Assembly (NCBI GenBank): GCA_937897535.1
Contig: CALCQB010000284.1
Coordinates: 1 to 46,382 of the forward strand
DNA from: an uncultured Novosphingobium sp.
Lineage (GTDB): Bacteria; Pseudomonadota; Alphaproteobacteria; Sphingomonadales; Sphingomonadaceae
DNA length: 46,382 bases
Reading direction: 5' to 3'
Shown here: in pieces, positions 18,192 through 27,477 of the stretch
Numbering within the stretch: position 1 is the first letter of the stretch
How the letters are laid out: each line of letters begins with the position of its first letter
Program-made: the position numbers and the translations under genes
Notes under the pieces: generated by a model
What the model was told of the DNA's origin: nothing
Database searches by the model: none
What the model saw: only the letters and a program-made list of their open reading frames with translations

Positions 18192-19046
18192 ATGGACCGG
18201 CCTGAACTTTACGGCATTCTCGATTCCTTCCTCGCCGCGCTGCAGGCGCGCGATGCCGGTCGGCTGCCTTGGGCAAGCGCGGTCCGGCACAGCGAGAACA
18301 ACGTGATGCTGGTGCCCGGCGACGGGGTCTGGGCGACAAATACCGGCCTGGGCGAATACGATCTGCGCTTTGCCGATCCGGTCACCGGGCAGGTCGGCTG
18401 GTTCGGCACCGTGATCGAGCCACTCGAAGAATCGGCCTTTTGCCTGCGGATCGGCGTCGATCCCGCCGGCCAGATCGCCGAGGTTGAAATGGTGATCGTG
18501 CGCGATTCGGAATACGGGATGGCGCTTCCCGGCAAGCGGTTCTGGTCCAAGCCGATCCTGGAAAACAAACCCGCCACACCAGCCTCGCGCGAAACCCTGC
18601 ACGAACTGGCCGACGGTTATTTTTCAACGCTGCAACTCAACGACGGGACGATCCACACCCGGTTCAAGTCCGATTGCAACCGGGTCGAGAACGGCGTGCA
18701 GACCACCAACAACCCCGCGCTGAAGCTGTTTCACTGGGCTTCGATGGGCTGCGAAGAGCAATTCAAGCTTGGCATTTACCGCTATGATGATCGCCTGCGC
18801 GGGCGGCGCTTCCCCTTGATCGATGAAGAACGCGGACTGATCTTCGCGTTCGGGTTCATCGATCATTCCGGTCGGCTCGGTCGCTACCAGCTCGCCAATG
18901 GCAACTGGAACGAAAGCCCAATCCGCCGTCCGCACTCGTTCTACCTCGGCGAACTGTTCAAGATCGACCACGGCATGATCGAACAGATCGAGGCCAATTT
19001 CATTTCGGTGCCCTACCACATGCCCAGCCCGTGGGACGCCGCATGA
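18192..19046 (+). CDS. Conserved-looking hypothetical protein, 284 aa (possibly two NTF2/SnoaL-like halves)
   Basis: RBS GGGAGAG; internal repeat HSENNV / CNRVENGVQT and twin C-terminal beta motifs GQIAEVE / GMIEQIE; ATGA-coupled to the PQQ dehydrogenase. Confidence 0.7.
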   Translation: MDRPELYGILDSFLAALQARDAGRLPWASAVRHSENNVMLVPGDGVWATNTGLGEYDLRFADPVTGQVGWFGTVIEPLEESAFCLRIGVDPAGQIAEVEMVIVRDSEYGMALPGKRFWSKPILENKPATPASRETLHELADGYFSTLQLNDGTIHTRFKSDCNRVENGVQTTNNPALKLFHWASMGCEEQFKLGIYRYDDRLRGRRFPLIDEERGLIFAFGFIDHSGRLGRYQLANGNWNESPIRRPHSFYLGELFKIDHGMIEQIEANFISVPYHMPSPWDAA

Positions 19047-21229
19047 AACGGCTTTTGATCTTCGCCGCTTTCGCACTCAGCGCCTGCGGCCAGTCCGAAA
19101 CCGCGCCGCCGCAGCAGGCAGTCGCGGCCGAGAACTGGACCAATCCCGGCGGCGACAGCGGCAAGACCCACCATTCGGCGCTGACCGACATCAGCCCCGC
19201 CAATATCGGACGGCTCGGGCTCGCCTGGGAAGCCGATCTCGGCACCAACCGCGTGCTTGAAGCCACCCCGGTAGTGGTCGACGGGACCATGTACACCAGC
19301 GGCGTGGCCGGCCGGGCCTATGCCTTCGATGCGGCCAGCGGCAAGGAACTGTGGCGGTTCGAGCCCGAGGTCGACATGCAGGTCAACCGCACCGTCTGCT
19401 GCGATCAGGCCAACCGCGGGGTGGCAGTTTCGGGTGGCAAGGTGTTCGTCGCGACGCTCGACGCCTTCCTCTACGCGCTCGACGCCAGGACCGGGAAAGT
19501 GCTGTGGAAGGCCGATACCCGCGATGGGTCGGGCCGGGGGATCAACTCGACCGGCGCGCCCGAAGTAGCGGGCGACGTGGTGGTAATCGGCAACGGCGGC
19601 GCGGAATACGATGTGCGCGGCTATGTCTCCGCCTTCGGCCTCGCCGATGGCAAGCTGAAGTGGCGGTTCCACACCGTCCCGCGCGATCCCAAACTGGGGC
19701 CGCAGGACCACCCCGATCTCGAAGCCGCAGTCAAGACCTGGGACCCGAACAGCCGCTGGGATATCGGCGGCGGCGGCACCCCGTGGGATGCGATCAACTA
19801 TGACGCCGAAACCGGCTTCGTGATCGTCGGCACCGGCAACGGCGGGCCTTATCACACGATCAAGCGCAGTCCGAAGGGCGGGGATCAGCTCTACCTCTCC
19901 AGCCTGGTCGCGCTCGATGCCAAATCGGGCCGGGTCAAATGGCACTATCAGGAAACCCCGGCCGACAACTGGGATTTCACCGCGACCCAGCCGATGATCC
20001 TGACCCGGATGAAGCTGGCCGGCGAAGACCGCCCGGTGGTGCTCCACGCCCCCAAGAACGGGTTCCTCTACATCATCGACCGGCGCGACGGAAAGCTGCT
20101 CAGCGCCAAGCCGATCGTCCGGCAGAACTGGACCAAGGGGATCGATCCCGCCACCGGCAAGCCGATCCCCAATCCCGAGGCGGCCGACTGGGCCCAAGGG
20201 CCGAAGATCATCTTCCCCGGCACCCCCGGCGCGCGCAACTGGCATCCGGCCAGCTATGACGCTGCCAGCAATACCTACTTCGCCCCGGTCCAGGACATGG
20301 GCAACCTGATCCTGATGCCGCCGGCCGATCCGCCGTTCCAGAAGAACGGGCTGAATACCGCCGCAACGCTGTTCTTCACCGCTGATATCGAACAGAGCCT
20401 GGCGATGCTGCCGCCGCCGCTGGTGGCCCAGATCAAGGCGCTGCCGGCCTGGCAGGAAGTGCTGAAGAACCCGGCCAGCTCCGAACTGCGCGCGATCGAC
20501 CCGACGACCGGGCAGGCCAAGTGGTCGGTCCCGATGGGCGGCTGGCAGGATCGCGGCGGGGTGCTTTCCACCGCCGCGGGCCTGGTGTTCCAGGGCAATC
20601 TCGCCGGGCAACTGCGGGTGTTCGAGGCGAGCACCGGCAAGCTGCTCAAGTCGGTCGAGACCGGCACTTCGATCTTGGCCGCGCCGATGACCTACAAGGT
20701 GAACGGGGTGCAATACGTCGCGGTGATGGCAGCCTGGGGCGGCGGCGGTTATCCCTACGTCCCGCGCTATTCGGCAGCCTACAGCCGCGGCAACCGCGGG
20801 CGGATCCTGGTGTTCAAGCTCGATGGCGGACCGGTTCCGCTGCCCGATCAATTGCCCGAACCGCAGGTCGCTCCGCCCCCGCCGCCGCAACTGCCCGGGG
20901 TTACCCCCGCCACGATCGCGCGCGGGCAGGCGCTGTTCTATTCGGTCGGCTGCGCACTGTGCCATTCGAACCAGCACCGTTCGATCACGCCGGACCTCAG
21001 GCGGATGTCGCCCGAAACCCACGCGGCCTTTGGCGAGATCGTGCTCAAGGGCCAGCGCGTCCCGCTCGGCATGCCGCGCTGGGCCGATTTGCTCAGCACC
21101 GACGACAGCACCGCGATTCACGCCTGGCTGATCGCCGAGCAGGGCAAGGTCCACCGCGAGGAAACCGAGAAACGCAAGCGCGGAATCCCGCTCGATGCGC
21201 CGAGCGCGGCAATTCTGTCCAATTACTGA
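19043..21229 (+). CDS. PQQ quinohemoprotein alcohol dehydrogenase (type II), lipoprotein
   Basis: Lipobox LSAC; vicinal Cys in VCCDQANRG; GGAEY; WDFTAT; Pro-rich linker; haem c motif CALCH. Confidence 0.92.
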   Translation: MKRLLIFAAFALSACGQSETAPPQQAVAAENWTNPGGDSGKTHHSALTDISPANIGRLGLAWEADLGTNRVLEATPVVVDGTMYTSGVAGRAYAFDAASGKELWRFEPEVDMQVNRTVCCDQANRGVAVSGGKVFVATLDAFLYALDARTGKVLWKADTRDGSGRGINSTGAPEVAGDVVVIGNGGAEYDVRGYVSAFGLADGKLKWRFHTVPRDPKLGPQDHPDLEAAVKTWDPNSRWDIGGGGTPWDAINYDAETGFVIVGTGNGGPYHTIKRSPKGGDQLYLSSLVALDAKSGRVKWHYQETPADNWDFTATQPMILTRMKLAGEDRPVVLHAPKNGFLYIIDRRDGKLLSAKPIVRQNWTKGIDPATGKPIPNPEAADWAQGPKIIFPGTPGARNWHPASYDAASNTYFAPVQDMGNLILMPPADPPFQKNGLNTAATLFFTADIEQSLAMLPPPLVAQIKALPAWQEVLKNPASSELRAIDPTTGQAKWSVPMGGWQDRGGVLSTAAGLVFQGNLAGQLRVFEASTGKLLKSVETGTSILAAPMTYKVNGVQYVAVMAAWGGGGYPYVPRYSAAYSRGNRGRILVFKLDGGPVPLPDQLPEPQVAPPPPPQLPGVTPATIARGQALFYSVGCALCHSNQHRSITPDLRRMSPETHAAFGEIVLKGQRVPLGMPRWADLLSTDDSTAIHAWLIAEQGKVHREETEKRKRGIPLDAPSAAILSNY

Positions 21230-21241
21230 GGAGCAAGGCAA

Positions 21242-21739
21242 ATGGTCAGCACGATGGAACTGCCCGAGCTGGAATTCGCCTTCGCGATCCGGCTGTGGTT
21301 CACCCGGACCAGCATGGTCCCCGACTTGCCCGGCGGCGGTTGGCGCTCTGCGGTCTATCTCGACAGCGGCGAGGTTGAAGGGCCGCTGCTGAACGGCAAG
21401 GCCGTGCCGGGTTCGGGCGGCGACTATGCCCATTTCCGGCCCGACGATACCGCTGTGTTCGATGCGCGATATTTGCTCGAAAGCCATGACGGCGTGACGA
21501 TCTACATGCAGAACAAGGGCTTTCTGTGGGGCCGCAATCCCGACACGATGGCCAAGCTGCGCAAGTGGGCGTTCGAGAATGGCGAGCCGGTGCCGCACGG
21601 CGAATACTACCTCCGCGCCCAGCCCAGCTTCGAAGCCCCGGCCGGCAGCCCCTATGAGTGGATGACCCGGCATATCTTTATCGGGGTCGGCGAGCGCAAG
21701 CCGGACGGCAACTACGTGCGGTATTACCGGCTGACCTGA
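21242..21739 (+). CDS. DUF3237-family protein
   Basis: GEVEGPLLNG....GSGGDY, FDARYLLESHDG..IYMQNKG, YYLRAQPSFEA...YEWM motifs. Confidence 0.85.
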   Translation: MVSTMELPELEFAFAIRLWFTRTSMVPDLPGGGWRSAVYLDSGEVEGPLLNGKAVPGSGGDYAHFRPDDTAVFDARYLLESHDGVTIYMQNKGFLWGRNPDTMAKLRKWAFENGEPVPHGEYYLRAQPSFEAPAGSPYEWMTRHIFIGVGERKPDGNYVRYYRLT

Positions 21740-21743
21740 AGCG

Positions 21744-21788
21744 TTGACCTGAGCGGAGAAATCTGCTCTCAATCATAACAATTGTTAT
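21744..21788 (+). promoter_or_regulatory. -35 TTGACC plus operator copy 7, the perfect palindrome ATAACAATTGTTAT (21775-21788)
   Basis: 14-bp perfect palindrome 22 bp upstream of the flavoprotein start. Confidence 0.75.
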
Positions 21789-21810
21789 AAAAATCGAGAG
21801 GGGAGAGCAC

Positions 21811-23388
21811 GTGAAGCTCACGACACCGCCACGGGTCAGCCCGCAACAGTTCGATACGGCCCTGACCGCCTTTGCCGGGGTGGTCGGCAAGGACTGGGTG
21901 ATGGCCAGCGATGCTGACCGCGATGCCTATTCGGATGCCTATGCCCCCGGCCCGCAGGATCAGTGGCCGGCCAGCGCTGCTGTGGCACCAGCCTCGGTTG
22001 AGGAGGTTCAGTCAATTGTGCGCCTCGCCAACGAGCACAAGACCCCGCTGTGGCCGGTCGCGCGCGGCAAGAACCTGGGCTATGGCACCGCCGCGCCGCG
22101 CATGGCCGGATCGGTGGTGCTCGACCTCGGGCGGATGAACAAGATCCTCGAGCTTGACGACAAGCTGGCCTATTGCGTGGTCGAACCCGGCGTCGGGTTC
22201 TTCGACATGTACGAGGAAATCCAGCGCAAGAAGCTCCCCCTGTGGATGTCGGTGCCGGGCAACGCCTGGGGCTCGATGATCGGCAACGCGCTCGAACACG
22301 GCATTGGTTACACCCCCTATGGCCTCCACGCCCGCAACCTGTGCGGGGTCGAGGCAGTGCTGCCCGACGGCGACCTGGTCCGCACCGGGATGGGCGCGAT
22401 GAAGGACAACCCGTCGTGGAACCTGTTCCCGATGAGCTATGGCCCGACCTGGGACCTGGCCTTCAGCCAATCGAACTTCGGGGTGGTGACCAAGGCCGGG
22501 ATCTGGCTCCAGCCGGCCCCGGAAACTTCGCTCGAGCTGGTCTTCGATATCCCCAAGGCCGAGGATGTGGGCTGGGTGGTCGATACCATCGCCCCGCTCA
22601 AGATCTCCGGCCTGATCGACCAGAACGTGTTCGTGCCGTCATGGCTCGGCAAGATGGTGCTCAAGGGCCAGCGCAAGGACTTCTGGGACAAGCCCGGCGC
22701 GATCCCCGAATGGCGGGTTCAGGAACTGCTCAAGGAGCACAAGCTGGGTTATTGGCAGGTCGCGCTGCGGCTCTATGGCGAAGAACCGGTGGTCAAGGCC
22801 AAGGCCGAGATCATCAAGGCGGCGATGGCGAAAAATCTCAAGGCGCCGCCGGCCGAGCATTGGTGGCGCACCGGCGATCCGATCAACGCCTATGAAACCA
22901 CCATGGGCGTGCCTTCAGCGGTGCCGCTGCAGATGTCCGACTGGATCGGCGGGCGCGGCGCGCACATGGGCTTTTCCCCGGTGGTCCCGGCGACCGGCGA
23001 ACACGTGCTGGGCCAGTTGCAGCGCAGCCAGAAGGTCATCGACAGCTTCGACGTCGATTTCTACGCCAGCTTCACCATCGGCGGACGCTTTGCCAACAAC
23101 GTCAACATGCTGATGTTCGATCGCGATCAGCCCGAGCAGATCGAAACGATGAAGAAGCTGTTCAATGCCCTGATCGATGAAACCGCCAAGGCCGGTTACG
23201 GCGAATACCGCACCCACCTTGGCTGGATGGACCGGGTGATGGATACCTTCAACTTCAACGACGGCGCGCTCCGCCGGTTTAACGAGAAGGTCAAGGACGC
23301 GATCGACCCCAACGGGATCATCGCGCCGGGCAAGCAAGGGGTCTGGCCTGCCGCCTACCGCGATCAGGCGAAGGAGGGCCGGGCATGA
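21811..23388 (+). CDS. VAO/p-cresol methylhydroxylase-family FAD oxidoreductase (flavoprotein subunit)
   Basis: GTG start after GGGAGAG; RGKNLGYG, LDLGRMNKIL, GNALEHGIGYTPYG, QSNFGVVTKAG, GYGEYRTH, DPNGIIAPGK. Confidence 0.9.
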   Translation: MKLTTPPRVSPQQFDTALTAFAGVVGKDWVMASDADRDAYSDAYAPGPQDQWPASAAVAPASVEEVQSIVRLANEHKTPLWPVARGKNLGYGTAAPRMAGSVVLDLGRMNKILELDDKLAYCVVEPGVGFFDMYEEIQRKKLPLWMSVPGNAWGSMIGNALEHGIGYTPYGLHARNLCGVEAVLPDGDLVRTGMGAMKDNPSWNLFPMSYGPTWDLAFSQSNFGVVTKAGIWLQPAPETSLELVFDIPKAEDVGWVVDTIAPLKISGLIDQNVFVPSWLGKMVLKGQRKDFWDKPGAIPEWRVQELLKEHKLGYWQVALRLYGEEPVVKAKAEIIKAAMAKNLKAPPAEHWWRTGDPINAYETTMGVPSAVPLQMSDWIGGRGAHMGFSPVVPATGEHVLGQLQRSQKVIDSFDVDFYASFTIGGRFANNVNMLMFDRDQPEQIETMKKLFNALIDETAKAGYGEYRTHLGWMDRVMDTFNFNDGALRRFNEKVKDAIDPNGIIAPGKQGVWPAAYRDQAKEGRA

Positions 23389-23828
23389 AGCGGGCCGCAA
23401 TGTTCGTCTTGCCGCTCCTCGCACTCGCCGCGTGCAATCGCGGGCCGGAGCAGGCTGACCCCGCCAAGCCGGAACTCGCCAAGGCCGGAGCCCCGGCCGG
23501 TCCGCCGCCCCCGCCGCCCTATCAGATGCGTCCCGCCGCGCCATCCGGGGACCGGACCAAGGCATCGGACGGCAAGCTCGCGTTCGAAGTTCACTGCGGC
23601 TATTGCCATCTGACCGGCGGCATGGGCACCAACCTCCTGACCAAGCAGCGGATGCTGGCGGGTGAGCCACCCGAAAAAGGCCTGCTCGTCAACCGCACCG
23701 ACCTGACCCCGGATTACGTCAAGCAGGTCGTCCGCGGCGGCAAGAACGCGATGCCCGCGCAGACCAGGGTCGACATCACCGACGCCGAACTCGCTGCGGT
23801 CGCGGCCTATCTGGGGAAAGCGAAATGA
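23385..23828 (+). CDS. Monohaem cytochrome c lipoprotein (PchC-like subunit)
   Basis: Lipobox LAAC; CGYCH; distal Met in NAMPA; ATGA overlap with the flavoprotein. Confidence 0.88.
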   Translation: MKRAAMFVLPLLALAACNRGPEQADPAKPELAKAGAPAGPPPPPPYQMRPAAPSGDRTKASDGKLAFEVHCGYCHLTGGMGTNLLTKQRMLAGEPPEKGLLVNRTDLTPDYVKQVVRGGKNAMPAQTRVDITDAELAAVAAYLGKAK

Positions 23829-24187
23829 GCGGGGTCTCACGCCGGAACGTTTTGAAAGGTGCGGCGGTCGCGGGGGTCGCAACCGCCGTGCCGCTCGGCG
23901 CAGCAGCGCTGGGCGAGCGGCGGCTGGTGGTCTATGACAGCCGCCTGCCTGCCTCGCTGGCTTTCGCCCGGACCGTACCTTCGGCCTACAGCGTCGATCT
24001 GGCCGAAGCCCACGCAACCCGCTTTGCCGTGCTGCGGCAAGCCTTGCCCAAGGGGCTGATCGTCGAAGGGCTGACCCGGAGCAGCGACCTGATCGCGCTG
24101 CGGCATGAACTGGGGCGGCAGGGGCTCCGGCTCAGTTCCGAGGCCGCCGTTGGCGGCCTGTTCCGCTGGACCATGCGGCCGCGCTGA
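23825..24187 (+). CDS. Small hypothetical protein with a twin-arginine leader
   Basis: MSGVSRRNVLKGAAVAGVATAVP; ATGA overlap with cytochrome c; 120 aa. Confidence 0.7.
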   Translation: MSGVSRRNVLKGAAVAGVATAVPLGAAALGERRLVVYDSRLPASLAFARTVPSAYSVDLAEAHATRFAVLRQALPKGLIVEGLTRSSDLIALRHELGRQGLRLSSEAAVGGLFRWTMRPR

Positions 24188-24214
24188 TTTCCCCATTGGG
24201 CACGAAATGACCGC

Positions 24215-24253
24215 TTGACCTGACCCCTGCCGGTTTTAGTATGCAATACATAC
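24215..24253 (+). promoter_or_regulatory. Putative sigma70 promoter overlapped by the palindrome GTATG-CAATA-CATAC
   Basis: TTGACC-N16-TAGTAT; inverted repeat at 24239-24253 upstream of the GST pair. Confidence 0.6.
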
Positions 24254-24275
24254 AAAAGACCGGAGAGGAACGGCC

Positions 24276-25088
24276 ATGGCCGCGGTAACGCTGTACCACT
24301 GGGAGCCCAACGCCAATTCGGGCAAGCCGATGCTGGCCTTGATGGAAAAGGGCGTGCCCTTCGACAGCCATTACATCGACATGCTGAACTTCGATCAGCA
24401 CAAGCCCGAATACCTCGCGATCAACCCGCAGGGCACGATCCCGGCGATGACTCACGGCGATCTGGTCCTGGTCGAATCGACCGCGATCATGGAATATGTC
24501 AACGACGCCTTCGACGGGCCGAACCTGATGCCGGGCACTGCCCGCGATCTTTGGCGGATCCGCTGGTGGATGAAGTTCATGGACCAGTGGCTCGCCCCCA
24601 GCTTTTCGATGTTCGGATGGAAGTACTTTGTCGGCCCCAACGCGCTGAAGGCGCACGGCCAGGACAAGATCGAGGCCCAGATCGCGCAGATCCCGCTGCC
24701 CGAGCGGCAGCTGGCCTGGCGCAAGGCGGTGTTCGGCTTGTTCAGCGAGGCGGAAATGGCCGAAAGCGGCCGCCGGATCGGTGTCGGCATCCAGATGCTC
24801 GAAGCCGAACTGGCCAAGCGCGAATGGCTCGCCAGCGATCAGTACAGCCTGGCCGACGTCAACGGCTTCAACCTGGCCTATGCCATGCCGCTGTCGCAGC
24901 CGCACCTCGCCAACGATGACCTGACCCCCAACATCATGCGCTGGCTGCGCGCGATCTATCGCCGCCCGGCGACGCGCGAATGCTGGAAACTGGGCCGCAC
25001 CCCGATGGCCAGCCGGGTCGAGATCCTCGAGCAGGACTATATCCCGCCCCGCGCCGAGTCCGAGGGCATTGAAAGCGGAGTGCGCTGA
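24276..25088 (+). CDS. baeA: Glutathione S-transferase, beta-etherase heterodimer subunit A
   Basis: LYHWEPNANSGKP (Ser-type, LigF-like), INPQGTIP, ESTAI, YSLAD; paired with a second divergent GST as in Novosphingobium BaeAB. Confidence 0.78.
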   Translation: MAAVTLYHWEPNANSGKPMLALMEKGVPFDSHYIDMLNFDQHKPEYLAINPQGTIPAMTHGDLVLVESTAIMEYVNDAFDGPNLMPGTARDLWRIRWWMKFMDQWLAPSFSMFGWKYFVGPNALKAHGQDKIEAQIAQIPLPERQLAWRKAVFGLFSEAEMAESGRRIGVGIQMLEAELAKREWLASDQYSLADVNGFNLAYAMPLSQPHLANDDLTPNIMRWLRAIYRRPATRECWKLGRTPMASRVEILEQDYIPPRAESEGIESGVR

Positions 25089-25089
25089 G

Positions 25090-25872
25090 ATGGGCATGAT
25101 TCTGTACCACGGCGAACCCAATGGCCCCTCGCTTGCAGTCCTCGCTGCGCTGGCCGAAAGCGGCGTCGAAGCCGACTGCCGCCCGATCGACCTGCTCGCC
25201 GGTGAGCGTCACACCCTGCCCGGCGTGACCGAGCCGCTGGCCCGCGACATGGGGATCGAGGGCGAAGGCCCGGTGCTGGTGGTCGAGGGTGAGGCGATGA
25301 CCGAATCTGTGTTCATCGCCCAGTTCCTCGACGAGAGCGGCGCTAACACGCTCCAGCCGAAGGATGCCTACGCCCATTGGCAGATGCTGATGTGGTGCCG
25401 CCGGATTACCGAGCGCTGCGCGCCCGCCGCGGCGTTCCTTGGCTGTCAGGCCACTGCCCAGCCCCGGCTCGCGGCGATGAATCAAGCGGCCTTCGGCGCC
25501 GTGCTCAATACGATCGCCAGCGAAGACCTGCGGGTCCGCTGGGTCGCGGTCGCCGCCGGTGACTTCCCCGAAGACCAGGCCAGGGATTGCATCGCCAAGG
25601 TGACCGATGCGGTGGCATTGGTCGAAACGCAACTGGCCGACGGGCGCGACTGGCTGATGGGCGAGCTGACCATCGCCGACTTCGAGACCTATGGCTGGCT
25701 GGCCGGAACCGTCACGCTGGTGCCCGATGCCTGGACCGGCAAAGGCCGCGCCGCCGCCTGGCTCGCCCGGGTTCGGGCGCGTCCTTCGGTCCAGTCCGCA
25801 CTGGCCCGCGCCACCCTGCCCAACCCGGAAAGCCAGTGGGCGCCGGGTCCTGAAATCAACCGCTGGGGATAG
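25090..25872 (+). CDS. baeB: Glutathione S-transferase, beta-etherase heterodimer subunit B
   Basis: LYHGEPNGPSL, IEGEGPVL, MTESVF, C-terminal WAPGPEINRWG; starts 1 nt after the baeA stop. Confidence 0.75.
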   Translation: MGMILYHGEPNGPSLAVLAALAESGVEADCRPIDLLAGERHTLPGVTEPLARDMGIEGEGPVLVVEGEAMTESVFIAQFLDESGANTLQPKDAYAHWQMLMWCRRITERCAPAAAFLGCQATAQPRLAAMNQAAFGAVLNTIASEDLRVRWVAVAAGDFPEDQARDCIAKVTDAVALVETQLADGRDWLMGELTIADFETYGWLAGTVTLVPDAWTGKGRAAAWLARVRARPSVQSALARATLPNPESQWAPGPEINRWG

Positions 25873-25875
25873 ACC

Positions 25876-27441
25876 ATGCGTTCCATCGATTACTTCGACC
25901 GCGGCCACGATCGCGACCCGAAACGGCTGGCGATCATCGACACCGCCAGCGGGCTCAAGCTGACCTTTGCCGAGGTCAAGGCACTGACCGAACGGATTGC
26001 GGCGGCACTGCAGCGCGGCGGGTTCCAGAACCAGGACCTGCTAGGACTTTACGGCCCCAATGACGGGATGCTGCTGGTGGTGCTGCTGGCGATGTGGCGC
26101 GCCAATGGCAAATGGATCCCGGTCAACACCCGCAACGCGATCGACGCCAATGCCGGCTATATCAACTACGTCCGCTGCCAGTGGATGTTCTACCATTCGT
26201 CCAAGGCCGATGAGGTAGCGCAGCTGCGGGCGCTGTGCCCGACGCTCAATCACTTCGTCTGCCTCGACCAGCCCTGCGGTGAGGATCAGAGCCTTGACCA
26301 GTTCATCGCCGGGGTCGCTGCGAGCGATTTCGTCGAGCCGGAGTGCGATGCTTTTGGCAACATGATGGACCTGGTCGGGATCTTCCCGACCGGCGGCACC
26401 ACCGGACCGAGCAAGGGCGCCAACGTCACCAACCTCGGTTGGGGAACGATGATCGAAACCGCTGCGGACGGAATGGGTGGGCGGACCGACAATCCGGTCG
26501 CGCTGGTCTCCGCGCCGATCACCCATGCCGCCGGGCCGATCGCGCTGTCGACGATGAGCCTGGGCGCAACCCAGGTGATCCTGCCCGGCTTCGACGCCGA
26601 AGACGTGCTGTCGGCAATCGCAGACTACAAGATCACCCACATGTACCTGCCGCCGACCGCGCTGTACCAGTTGCTCGCCTCGCCCGAGATCGGCAGCCAC
26701 GATTACTCCAGCCTCAAGATCTTCATCCTGGTCGGTAGCCCGTGCAGCCCGGAAAAACTGCGCCAGGCGGTCGAGGTGTTCGGTCCGTGCATGTGCCAGT
26801 CCTATGGCCAGGTCGAATGCCCGATGATCGTCGCCTGGTTCCCGCCCGAGGACGTTGCGCGCTTCGCGAAGAGCGCGCCGGAAAAGCTGGCCAGTTGCGG
26901 CAAGGTCACCCGCTCGATCAGGGTCGCGCTGCTCGACGATGACGGCAATCAGGCGCCGCTCGGCGAAAGCGGAGAGATCTGCGTGCGCGGGGTGCTGGTT
27001 TCGCACTCCTACTTCGAAAAGCCGGAAGAAACCGCCGAAGTCCGCAAGTTCGGCTGGCACCACACTGGCGACGTCGGCAAGTTCGACAAGGACGGCTACC
27101 TCTATATCGTCGACCGCAAGAAGGACATGGTGGTGACCGGTGGCTTCAACGTCTTCACCACCGAAGTCGAAGCGACGATCACCGAACTTGCCGCTGTGCG
27201 CGAATGCTGCGTGTTCGGCGTGCCGCATGAAAAGTGGGGCGAGCAGGTCCACGCGGTGGTCGTGGCCGAGGGAATTTCCGACGCCGAAATCATCGCCTAC
27301 ACCAAGGAAAAGCTCGGCGGGGTGAAGGCGCCAAAAACAGTTGCATTTATAGACTCGATTCCGCGCACCGCAGCGGGCAAGATGGACAAGAAGGCTCTGC
27401 GCGCGCCCTACTGGGGCGGCTCGGACCGGATGGTGAACTGA
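25876..27441 (+). CDS. AMP-forming acyl-CoA synthetase
   Basis: PTGGTTGPSKG P-loop, YGQVE, HTGD, IVDRKKDMVVTGG, PRTAAGK. Confidence 0.92.
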   Translation: MRSIDYFDRGHDRDPKRLAIIDTASGLKLTFAEVKALTERIAAALQRGGFQNQDLLGLYGPNDGMLLVVLLAMWRANGKWIPVNTRNAIDANAGYINYVRCQWMFYHSSKADEVAQLRALCPTLNHFVCLDQPCGEDQSLDQFIAGVAASDFVEPECDAFGNMMDLVGIFPTGGTTGPSKGANVTNLGWGTMIETAADGMGGRTDNPVALVSAPITHAAGPIALSTMSLGATQVILPGFDAEDVLSAIADYKITHMYLPPTALYQLLASPEIGSHDYSSLKIFILVGSPCSPEKLRQAVEVFGPCMCQSYGQVECPMIVAWFPPEDVARFAKSAPEKLASCGKVTRSIRVALLDDDGNQAPLGESGEICVRGVLVSHSYFEKPEETAEVRKFGWHHTGDVGKFDKDGYLYIVDRKKDMVVTGGFNVFTTEVEATITELAAVRECCVFGVPHEKWGEQVHAVVVAEGISDAEIIAYTKEKLGGVKAPKTVAFIDSIPRTAAGKMDKKALRAPYWGGSDRMVN

Positions 27442-27477
27442 CCCGGCGCAAAGCCGGGCACTAAGAGAGGGACTGGA

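Noticed and set aside
20870-20900. CCG-rich low-complexity runs (also near 23500-23520)
   Set aside because: They encode Pro-rich linkers of lipoproteins and are not independent repeats.
27442-27458. Short hairpin CCCGGC-GCAAA-GCCGGG between the ligase and the PQQ-ADH
   Set aside because: It has no U-tract, so there is too little evidence to call a terminator.
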